A stretch of 64,000 bases of DNA, taken from positions 14,665,873 to 14,729,872 of the forward strand of contig NC_083409.1 of NCBI RefSeq assembly GCF_020745735.1, given 5' to 3'. This stretch comes from Hemiscyllium ocellatum (taxonomy: Eukaryota). The first letter of the stretch is position 1. Every line of letters begins with the position of its first letter. The notes beneath the pieces were generated by a model. It made no database searches, had not been told where the DNA came from, and worked only from the letters and a program-made list of their open reading frames with translations. Both the position numbers and the translations under genes were made by a program. Positions 1 through 10,569 of the stretch are shown one piece after another.

Positions 1-1713
1 TTCAAACATGACCAAGATTCACAGAAGCTCTTCAAATTATTTGATGTGCTTTGAAACTCAAACACGACGTGCAGTTTAAAAAAAAAGTTGCATGGCTGAG
101 AGTATAGCACAACACCGAGGGATGGTGATTCTTGAGCCTTTGTCTAGTGTGAAAGTGAAAATAACACCTGAAATGGCCTTGCTGAAGGATTTATTCAGGG
201 AATTTTGTTTTAACTCACTTGTTGGATGTGGGCATTGCTGGGTGGCCAGTATTTATTGCCCATCCATGATTGTCCATAGAACAGTTAAGAGTCAACCACA
301 TTGCTGTGGGTCTGGAGTCACAAGGAGACCAGACCAGGTAAAGATGGCAGTTCTCTTCCCTAAAGAACGTGAGTGAACCAGATGGGTTTTTCTGACAATT
401 GACAATCGATTCATGGTTATCGTTAGACTTTTAATTCCAGTTTTTTTTTATTTTATTGAATTCAAGTTCCACCATCTTGCATGGTGGGATGATGACATGA
501 GTTCTGTCGCAGGAGGTTTACCCTCTATTACTGTACTGTCACTGTCATTGAGACTGACAGCCCAGAGTTAAGGCGTGGTAGATTGTTTGTTAACATCTCG
601 TTCTGTCAGTTTCCTTTGGAATCTCTGAAGTTGAAACAGTAAGAGCTGAATGCCTATGCAAGTTTGATTTCATTGGTCTGTAACTTCGGTCATGTTACAC
701 CTGTCTAAATTGGAGAAAGAATGCCACCAGCTTGTCAGAAAAAATTGCACACCACTGAAGTATTCAACAAAGAAAAGTCAACTCCAACAGGTTTGCCTGT
801 TTCTGACTCTCCAGCTGTGTCCCTTTGCCACTCCAGCCTCTCATTTTCTATCCTCAGCTGGTCCACACCATTTCTATCTCAGCAGCATGTTCCAGCCTTG
901 AGTGAACCCAGCATTTACTCATCACAAACCTGTGTCTGGAAAGTTACCTGCCTCCTGCCTCATCATCCACAACTCTCACTCAGAGACATGACCATTCCAT
1001 CCTCTTCTGGTCAGATTGCTGTCCTTATACTCCCTGAATGTGAGCACTTCCGAAAGTCTGGAAAGAGCGCTTATTCTGAAAATTATCAGACCGGCCTTAA
1101 TTGACTTTTGCCTCCCAATTTTTCAACATCTCCAATCTAATTTTCACATTTAAGAAAGCCCTTCATGATGAATCCCTCTCTCTCTTTGTGACTTTTATTT
1201 GAATATCATCCTCCAACCTCTTGTGGTGTTCATTTCCCTTCCAGAGTTAACCTAAATCATGGCCATGTATAGTAGCCCGATTGCAGAATTCATTTCCAAA
1301 TCCCATTCCTCTCCTGTCCTTCAAATGCACATCTTTTGCAAGCTTTTAGTCTCTAGCTTCTCATTTTGGCTTTTTCCTCAATATGGTTCTAACCATAATA
1401 ATTGCATCATGCTCACTGTTACTGACTGCCCAGATAGTCCTGCTGTGTGATCAGCCGGTGTGTACGGTGATACTGTAGGTCTGAGGAGTTGATGTGTTTG
1501 GTGACACTGTGGCCCCCAAGTGGTCAGTGTGTCCATTGCGTGAGGCTTTGTCAGTGGTACAGCAGGTTTGATTAAAGCTGTTGAACAGGTTGTGAGAAGT
1601 GTCACCAAGAGTTATGCAAGTTTGCATATATCTCTTATCCACTAATGTTAGTGTCCAAGTTGAATTTGATTGTAAGGATACCTGTTAACATCCATTGGGT
1701 GGATCTTCAACAG

Positions 1714-1874
1714 AAACTACGTCAGACCAGAATAATATTGAGATCAGGATCCGTGCACTGAAGGATGAACTTAAGAAGCGAAAGACCATTGTGGACAAGC
1801 TGAAGAAAGAGCAGGAGGAACGTCAACAGGATCGGTTGAAAACCCAGGAGGCCAGCCTCATCAAACAGCTAGAG
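1714..1874 (+). pseudogene. CEP350: CEP350 partial copy A, exon (ETTSDQNNIEIRIRALKDELKKRK...QEASLIKQLE)
   Basis: CAG acceptor at 1711-1713 and GT donor at 1875. Open 161-nt exon closely resembling vertebrate CEP350 'ETTSDQSDIEGRIRALKDELRKRK...QEASLIKQLE' as recalled. Confidence 0.9.
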
Positions 1875-2600
1875 GTGAGATTGAACCCTCCACTGCCCTG
1901 CAGGTTTCAGCTGGGGATGGTTGGAACATGAGACCGTACAGCGGTCGAGTTCAGAGCATTTCACATGTTTCATATTGTGTTCTCAAAACCAAATCAGCAT
2001 CCATCTCCTTTAATGAAAAATTGTTGGGGGCTGTTGACTTTTATTCTTGCCATCTTAAGGAAAAGTGGTTGAGCAGGGTTGCTTTTTCTGTTTGATTTTT
2101 TTTCTCTGCCATTAATAAGCGTTTTTATATTCTTCCAAACATTCATTCAAATCTTTTATCCCAAATTCCTCTTCATATCCTCATCTCATCCGACTTTCAA
2201 GAGTTTCCTTTTTCCAATGGTGTCTTGGGTATTCTGTCCTTATACTTTCTTCTTCCTGAGCAATATCCCAGTATTCTTTATTAAAACAGCTTTGGGGCCT
2301 ATTACTTGTTAAATGCTGCATAAACAGGTTGCTGTCATGTTGAATGGTGTGTGCAATGGCTTGAGAGGAATATCCAGAATAAACAAACTTGTTTTGATCA
2401 CATTCAACCAACTGGGCCTTTTGGTCTCCCTGTTAATCTTTCTAAATTTTGTGGTTAACTGGTTTTATAGATTGTTAAAATTAGATTTGTTCATTCAAAA
2501 AAGAATTTGTGGTTTGTCTTATGCAGTTGGCAAAATGGTGTCATGTGGACTTCTTATCATCGCAATGTTTGATTTCACCTGCTCTCCATGTCTCTTTCAG

Positions 2601-2744
2601 TTCTATGATGAGTTTATTGCAAAGGTCCAAGCTGAACTCAGTGGAGATCTTGATGTTGGCAGCTCAAACTCCACCAAACCACAGAATAAAACTGTGCGCC
2701 ACTGAAACTGAGAAGGCAAAGGTTAAACCGCTCACCCTGCAGAG
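2601..2744 (+). pseudogene. CEP350: CEP350 copy A exon (FYDEFIAKVQAELSGDL...), frameshifted
   Basis: AG/GT bounded. 144 nt versus 146 nt for the paralogous exon at 10046-10191. The 2-nt loss near 2695 gives TGA at 2703-2705. Confidence 0.9.
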
Positions 2745-4583
2745 GTACTTTCAGTAATGGATGTTAATTGTGTAACCTTATGAAGGGAGCCTCTTGTATT
2801 TCTCTTTTATACCCTCGAGGGACCCCTTTTGTCCACATTAGTTGGTGATTAAATTGTTCTTTTGCAGTGACTTTACATCAGAGAAATGTGCCTTTTGGCC
2901 CAACAGATTTGTGCAGTTATTTCCTCTCCATGCAAGTCTCCTCCCACTTTGTTTCATCCCATCAGTGCGTCCTTCTGTATGTTTCCCCCTGAGGTACTTA
3001 TCCAATTTCCCCCGAAACATATTCGTGCTATTCAACTTCAGCATTCCCGATACTAGTTGTCATGTTGTTCCATGTTGTCCCCTTTCCAGGGAAGAAAGTT
3101 TTGTTTTGAATTTCTGATTCGATTCTGAGTGATCAAATCAAGCTATATTCTTAAAATTTCTGGTGTCTCAGTGTTTTCTACCTTGCCCATCAATTCTCAA
3201 AATATGTGTAAGTACGCCTGATTATTTCTCAAGGATTTAGTGACGTTTTCCACAGTGTAATTACTGAGTTTAGAACTGAAGGATTGCTATTGAACTTCAA
3301 ACCTTTTCCTCCTGCACTTTTATGCCCTTCCCTAAAAGGGAGGCAGTGTTTTTAAAGAGGATCTTTTAAACTAAGTTTTGAATCATCTCTGGTTTTTTCA
3401 AGTTTGCATGCAGTTTTTCCAGTGTAGTGTTCTGAAGCAAAGTCCTGAGACTGAATGACCATCTGATTAGAAGAACAGAAGGGTTTATGGTTTGAACATA
3501 TTAACATTGATTGGACAAGCAGCTCTTTTGATGAAAGTGCTTGACAAGTTCTCATACTGTCCATTCCTTTCTGAGCATTCAATGTAGGAAATCACTGAAA
3601 TAGGTGCTTGGGTCACTTTGATTTGACACAGCAACACCCTGACTAAACTGCCACATGCTCTTCTGATTTGCCAATATTTGTGTTTCCCTATAAAGTGCAG
3701 GAATAAAAAGAGGTGCAGCAGTCAACTGAAAGTGATCTGACTTTTGAAAGCTGAAGCTCAGAACGTTCAGTCTGAAATCATTCATTCCCCTAAGTACACG
3801 GCAGTTAGTAGATGAAGAGATTCTCCATACTTATTCAGTTTACCAGGAAAGATTTGAACAGTCTATATCAGTTTCCTAAAATGGCCATTACTTTCTCTGT
3901 GGTTACTTGTAACAAACCATGTTTTGGATTGCAAAGTTTGAAGGATATTCACTGTTTTCATTGCAATGTATCTGATCCTGAACTGTCAAGAAGTATTCTT
4001 TTCAGTTCAGTAACTGTGTTCTTCTCATCCTCCACACTCCATGATAGTCCATGATATCTCCCTTTGTGAGCCTAATGAAATATTGATTCCACCTAATGGA
4101 TAAGTGTGACATGTTCTTTTCATACTAAGTTTATATTTCAGACTCAGGGAAAAAGCTTGTGATACTTTGAAATTTTGTAAAGATGATTATTTTCACCACC
4201 TTGATTATGGCCAAAAACCTTTAAAACTTAAAAAGGAGTATAAACCATTTGTTCTGACTCCAAGTAAATTTTGTATTGAGTTTGAGTACTCAGTCTTATA
4301 AAATATACTGTTTAATGTTCTGGATCTCACTCCATGTGGAAACCTTGACTTTCATTACATGGCTGAGAATAAATTGGAAATGAATTCCAGCCTGTGTCTG
4401 ACACGTCAGACATACTCTGAGAGATAAAAAGATTCTCGTTTGTTTGTCTCCCATTTTCATGTTTTGATTTCACAGTTTATTATAACCATGTATTGGTCAT
4501 TAATGCTTTGAAATGAATTCCATCATTTTTGTTCCTGACCTTCAGTATATAGATTGACCAACAGTTTGTGTACTTTGCAACAG

Positions 4584-4823
4584 GGCAGCCCAGTGCAGGA
4601 GCCCCAGTCCCTAAAAGATGTGCCCCGAAACATCCAAGGGGAAAATAACTTTGCTTTTGCTGAAGATGCTGTCGAGATTGTGACACTGGTTCATGGAGCG
4701 GCTGAGGAGCTGTGCAAATGGCAGGAACTTGACCATGATCTGGGGGATTTGCAAATACCCCCAGACTTTGGGAATTATAAATGGAAGGATGATGAGAGTG
4801 TCAGCAGAAGAGCTTATTGTGAG
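4584..4823 (+). pseudogene. CEP350: CEP350 copy A exon (GSPV[del]...LVHGAAEELCKWQELDHDL...RRAYCE) with in-frame 144-bp deletion
   Basis: CAG acceptor, GTGAG donor at 4824. Paralogous to 20478-20860 and similar to CEP350 'LVHNAAEELWKWKELGHDL'. Confidence 0.88.
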
Positions 4824-5638
4824 GTGAGACCCAGATTTTGCATTTGAAAACCAAATTATTTTTTCTTTGTTAAGCAAGAAACATATGGGTTAAGAGTGCT
4901 CCATTGCAGCTCTGATTGATGATATGTATAACAGAGCATGTTAAAAACATTATCTCGATCCTGATGACTGCATTGAATTCAATTTACCATTTTGCCCCTT
5001 CCCTAAAAATCCAAAGCCCCTTTCTCCTCCACTGTTTGTACTCTCCCATTATTAATTTATCATACTCATCATCATCATACTGTTATCCGTTAAATCCCAT
5101 CTGTCATAACTTTGCCCAGTCTGAGAATCTATAGGTTCTGTTTCTATTAACATAATATATGGTGTCCCTTCCAGCCACTCAGTGTTTTTTTCAAATTCTT
5201 CTCCCTCGTTTCTGACTTTCCATTGCTGTTTCCATTGGTTGATAATACAATATTTGATTATTATTCACCTTAATGATTGGAGCCATGATAGTTTTGTTTT
5301 CTATTTACAGCATGTCCCACAGATGTCATTCATTTTGTTTCAAAGATTTGCCTCCTTTTATGTTGTGGTGCCTTCCTCAGTATTATGCAGGAAATCTTGT
5401 CTAGTACATCTTGGTAGTTCTGCAATCCTTTTAAACTCTGATCTCTGTTTTGCCTTGTCTCCTGCAATCAATGAACTTCTAAATGTATCCTTGGTTCAGA
5501 TCGTGGAGCAAACAGTTGTTATTTTATATATTTTGAACAGGATTCCCCTTTGTTTTCACTGTAATGATCTCACCAGCTTTTTGTTGAGTGGAGAGGACGC
5601 AGCTAATATAAACTTTTCTCTTAGTCTTTTACTTCCAG

Positions 5639-5783
5639 CTTGTCCTTAATGTGACGGGAAATTTTTGTTGACATCTTTTCTGACGACCTCCGTGCCAGCC
5701 CAGCCCCGTGGATGAAGCCAAGCCGAATTAGCTCTTTATTCTTCAAACGAGCGAGGAACCCACAGAATTTAAATGAAGTGAAG
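5639..5783 (+). pseudogene. CEP350: CEP350 copy A exon (LVLNVT/EIFVDIFSDD...PWMKPSRISSLFFKRARNPQNLNEVK), frameshifted
   Basis: AG at 5637-5638, GT at 5784. 145 nt, 2 nt short of the 49-codon CEP350 exon 'AVFDLTKEIF...WMKPCRI...NPNNLDEIK'. Not present in the ORF track. Confidence 0.85.
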
Positions 5784-5849
5784 GTGATAACTCCATGTAA
5801 TCCTTTTGTCCTACTTGTCAGTAATAATGTTGCAAACGTGATGCTGGTT

Positions 5850-6800
5850 GGAGTTAAAATACGTAGATTAAGTGAGTGAGTGACTCAACTTGTAAACAGT
5901 GGTCACTATCCTGACTTGGAAATCTGTCACTGCATCTCGGAAGTCCCTCCGTCATGAGATTGCAGGTCAAGCTCAGCACCATCTTGTCAAGGACAACCAG
6001 GAAGGGGCAATAAGTGCTGGCCAGCCAGTGACATCCACATTTCATGAATGAATAAAAAACATTCCTCTATGCTCATTGAGTACCAAGGAACTCCATTTTA
6101 ACTCTAAACTCCTCAATGACCATTTTTTAAAATGACTCACAGGGTCTGGGCATCGCCGGCTGGCCAGCATTTAATCACCGATCCTAGTTGCTTTTGAGAA
6201 ACTGGTAAGCTATCTTTTGTAACCACTGCAGTCCATGCTCTGTAGGTAGACCCACAATGTCCTTTTGGGAAGGAATTCCCGGAATTTGATATCGCAATCC
6301 TGAAGAAACAATGATATTTTTTCAAGTCAGAACGATGAGTGGCTTGGAGGGGAACTTGCAGGTTGCGGTCTGCTGCTCTTGTCCTTCTTGATCTAAATGG
6401 TCACAGATTCGGAAGGATCTGGCTGAAGATCTCTGAATTTCAGCAATGCATCTTGTAGGTTGTACACACTACTGCTACTGAGTGGAGAGTGGTGGAGGGC
6501 ATGGCTGCTTGCAGATGTGGTGCCAATGAAGTGGGCTGCTTTGTCTTGGATGTGGTGAGCTTTTTGTGTGTTACTGGAGCTGCACTCCTCCAGGCAAGTG
6601 GGGCGTATTCCATCAGACTCCTGACTTGTACTTTGTACTCGGTGGATTTGCGATGGAGGTGCGTTATACTCCACAGTATTCCAAGCCTCTGACCTACCCT
6701 TGTAACCCAAAGTATTTATATACTGAGTCCAGATGAGTTTCAGGTCCATGGTAACCCCCATGATGTTCATCGTGGAAGATTCAGTGAGGGTAACACAAGG
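5850..6800. mobile_element. L2/CR1-clade LINE fragments
   Basis: 3'-tail-like sequence ending 'catgaatgaataaaaaa' near 6050. Minus-strand late-ORF2-like segment at ~6390-6770. Confidence 0.55.
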
Positions 6801-6829
6801 GCCATTGGTTAAATATTCTCTTGGAGTTG

Positions 6830-7835
6830 TAGACTTGTACAGCTCAGAAACAGACCCTTTGGTTCTACTTGTTCATACAGACCAGTTATCCGAGATATAA
6901 TCTAGTCGCATTTGCCAGCATTTGATCCATTTCCCTCTTAAACCCTTCCTATTCGTATACGCTGCCAGATGCCTTTTAAATATCATCATTATGCCAGCCG
7001 TCTCCACTTCCTCTGGCATTCCATGTACACACCACCCCCTTCATAAAACAGTTACCCGTTACGTAGCTTTTAAATGTTTCCCCTCTCACATATGCCCTCT
7101 AGTTTTGCCTTCACCAGGGAAAAGACTTGTCTATTTACCCTATCCATACCACTCATAATTTTATAAATGTTTTCACAGTCGCCTCTTAGCCCCTGATGCT
7201 CCAGGGAAAGTAACCCCAACCAATTCTTCATCTTCCTATACCAGAAACCCCCCCACCCTGGCAACACCCTTGTAAATCTTTGCATAACCCTTTCAAGATT
7301 CACAACATCCTTCCAAGAGCAGGGAGTCCAGAATTGCACAGAATATTCTAAAAGAGGCCTGATCAGTGTCTTATTCAGCTGCAACATGACCTCCCAACTT
7401 CTATACTCAATGCTCTGACCAATAAAATCAAACATACCAAACACCACCTTCACTATCCTGTTTACTTGTCACTCCACTTTCAAGGAACTATGAACCTGCA
7501 CTCCAAGGTCTCTTTGCTCAGCAACACTCCCCAGTGCTTTACCATCGAGTGTATAAGTCCTGACCTGATTTGCCTTTCCAAAATGCAGCACTTCACATTT
7601 ATCTGAATTAAACTTCATCTGCCACTCCTCAGCCCATCTGTTGGAGATCCTGTTGTATTCTGAACCTTCATCACTGTCCATTGCACCTCCAATTTTGGTG
7701 TCATTTGCAAACTTACTAACCATACTATGTCCCATGTTCACATCCAAATCGTTTATGTAAATGATGAAAAGCAGTGAACCCAGCACCGATCCTTGTGGCA
7801 CACCACTGGTCACAGGCCTCCTACTGGGAATGGTC
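6830..7835 (-). mobile_element. CR1 LINE 3' fragment (RT C-terminus and tail)
   Basis: Minus-strand ORFs contain VTSGVPQGSVLG, YINDLD, KFANDTKIGG, KCEVLHFG and LVRPxLEYSVQFW motifs. Confidence 0.9.
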
Positions 7836-9557
7836 ATTGACTGGCAGTTTTGGTGTGAAAATTACTTGCCTCTTACCAGTCCAAATCTGCATATTGTCTA
7901 GGTCTTGTTGCCTTTGAACATAATTCCTCAGATACTGAAGCAGTCTATGAATGGTACGGCATATTGTGCAACCTTCCGCACTTCTGACTTTATGATAGAA
8001 GTAAGGTCAGGAACTGAGGAACCCCATTTTACTCTGATCTCCCCAGTGATCCTCGAGGAACCTCATTTTACTCCCAACTGGAGACACAATGCTCCGAGTG
8101 TTAGCCATGGCTCAGTGGCACTGTTCCTCAATCAGCAGAGGGGATTAAACAAACACTGAAGTGAAATCCTGGATGATAGTCCTGGGGCAGTACTGAAGTA
8201 TTGTTTTCAAAGTGAGGCCCCATTTTCCCCCTTGGGTGAGTTTTTTAAAAAAGATTTTTAGTGCTACTTTGAAGAGGAGTGGAGTTCCCCCTCATGGTCC
8301 TGGTCAATCTACTACATGAGTCAGTATGGCTCAGCGTTTACTGAACCATTTCTCTAATTTGTGGGAACATGCTGTGTGAAAGTTTGTTGCAGCTTTTGAC
8401 TATATTATAATTAGTGACTATACTTCAAAGGTTGGGAACAACATGGTGCAAGTGTGAAAAGTTATATATTGCAAGTTTTTTGGCAATTTGAGGTTAAGGT
8501 GGATGACTTGAGCATTGGTTAAAAAGTATTGTCCAGCACAAAGACCAAGTTCTTTACTATTACAACAATGCAACTTCTATTTTACTGTGGCGCTGACATT
8601 GAAGTGTACACTGGATGTCTCCTTCCAGTAACTCAGACTTGCAACACTGCAATGTGAACTTTTTACCACGGTCTGAAGTTAACATCAAGCTACTCATTGT
8701 CTAGCCTGACTTCACTTTGTGCACAGTTTGTGAAGTGTTGCACTTTGCCAGGGACTGAGAATGGACATGTGTAAATCAGCTTTTCATTCACAGAGCAAAT
8801 TTGGGACTGTTCATTTCCTTTGCTTTATCTTTATAACTCGACTGTAATGTGTCTTCAGTCTGAACTGTACTATTTCCCACACCAACATTTCCGGGCGTGT
8901 TACTGGCCTTTGACGGTGTTAGCCGAGAAACCTGCCTGGAGCCACGTGAGGCAGTGGTCAGTGGTTAGATCATATAGCTTTGATGAACTCATCTGTTAAA
9001 CTGAGAACAATTTGACCTTCTTGAAATGCTGGGTGCGCTGTATGAATCCATATCAGCCCCAATATTTATTGTGAGACAGCTGATCTTCACTTGTCTGCCT
9101 ACAGTTTATTAAAGGCAGATCATTTTTGGAATTTGACAGAGTAGAGGCCAGCACTTGTTGTCAAAGTGCTGAACCACGTAATGCAGTGAATTGATAAGTG
9201 AATAATTACTTATTTCTCAGTCTCGGCCTTAGGCAAGGGAAAATGTTAAACCTTCTCACAATCTGGGAGAATTGCATGCTACCTTAAAGTTGTTTTGTTT
9301 ATGCTTTCGGATCTCACTGACATTATTCACTTCAATTATAATTAAGTTTTAAAGCATTTAGTGATTTTTGTTTAATGGAACATGCTTTGAGTATCATCCA
9401 ATTTTACGTCATTCAGAATGGGAGAAGAATCAGAAGGTCCACGCATCAAAGTCTTCATTGAGCAGTTTACGGGGAGGATAATGGATTGGAGGTTGTTTTG
9501 TCTGTGTATTTCGGGTGTGTGCATTAGCTGCCATTTCTCCTGTGCTTCTATTCCCAG

Positions 9558-9680
9558 ATCTTCATTTCTAATGAAGTTATAAATATGTTTGGATTCAACC
9601 AGGAGCAATATCAGAAGACAGGCTGGCAGAAGATGAAGACATTTGGCAGGAGAAAACGTGATTGGGTGGACAATATTTTG
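9558..9680 (+). pseudogene. CEP350: CEP350 copy A penultimate exon (IFISNEVINMFGFNQEQYQKTGWQKMKTFGRRKRDWVDNIL), open
   Basis: TTCCCAG acceptor and GTAAGT donor at 9681. Exactly 41 codons, matching CEP350 'SFIASEVLKLF...KTDWQKMMKFGRKKRDRVDHIL' as recalled. Confidence 0.88.
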
Positions 9681-10045
9681 GTAAGTGCTTCAGTTTAGCA
9701 ACTGTTCAGTATTATATTGTACCATTACATCACAATTATGAACACTGCATCCTACATCTGAACTTTCTATTATTTCAAATGGCAAATGCTTTATCTGTTT
9801 TTGGCTTACCTGTCTGGCTCTCCAGCACACATCCAGAAAATGCTTCAACTTTCTGATTGAATTGAAAACTTGGGTCCTCACTGGAGTAATTTGCTGAAAA
9901 TCAAGACCTGCTATTCCTTAGTTGCCAGAAAACTTACTTAAAAATTCAGAAGTACATTGATTTCAGTGCAGTTGGCAAAGTAGGGTCATGTGTACTTCTT
10001 TAAATCCCAGTGTTTGATTTCCCTTTCTCTCCATGTTTCTTTCAG

Positions 10046-10191
10046 TCCTATGATGACTTTGTGAAGAAGACCGAAGCTGAACCTAGTAAAGATCTTGATG
10101 TTGGCAGCTCAAGCTCAACCAAACCGCAGATTAAAACTCTGTACTCCACTGCTACTGAGAAGCTGAAGATTAAACTGTGCTCTCTGCAGAG
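10046..10191 (+). pseudogene. CEP350: CEP350 partial copy B exon (SYDDFVKKTEAEPSKDL...KPQIKTL...LQR), open
   Basis: TTCAG acceptor, GT at 10192. Paralog of 2601-2744; flanking intron is also homologous to ~2500-3125. Confidence 0.9.
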
Positions 10192-10569
10192 GTACTTTCA
10201 GTAATGGATGTTAATTGTGTAATCTTATGAAGGGATGTCTCTTGTATTTCTCTTTCATATCCCAGTGGGACCCCTTCTGTCCAAATTAGTTGGTGATTAA
10301 ATGGTTCTTGAGTGAAGGAGACCAGAACATGTACAGATACTTCACAGCAGGGAAATGTGCCTTTTGGCCCAACAAACCATGCGACTCTACTCCCACTTTG
10401 TCTCATCCCATCAGTGCATCCTTCTGTATATTTCTCCCTGAGGCACTTATCTAATTTCCCCTAAAACATATTCATGCCACTCAACTGAAGCATTCCTGGC
10501 ATCAGCAAGTTCCATGTTGTCATTCTTCTCAGGGAAGAATATCTTGTTTGAATTTCTGATTCGATTCGT

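Noticed and set aside
690-1620. Ser/Pro-rich ORFs as a possible upstream CEP350 exon
   Set aside because: No convincing motif match or clear splice pair could be established by eye.
2601-4823. The 2-nt loss makes exon 2601-2744 end in phase 0, matching exon 4584 after the 8.5-kb deletion, which could suggest a compensated, functional shortened CEP350
   Set aside because: The shifted frame hits TGA at 2703-2705, and exon 5639-5783 is also frameshifted.
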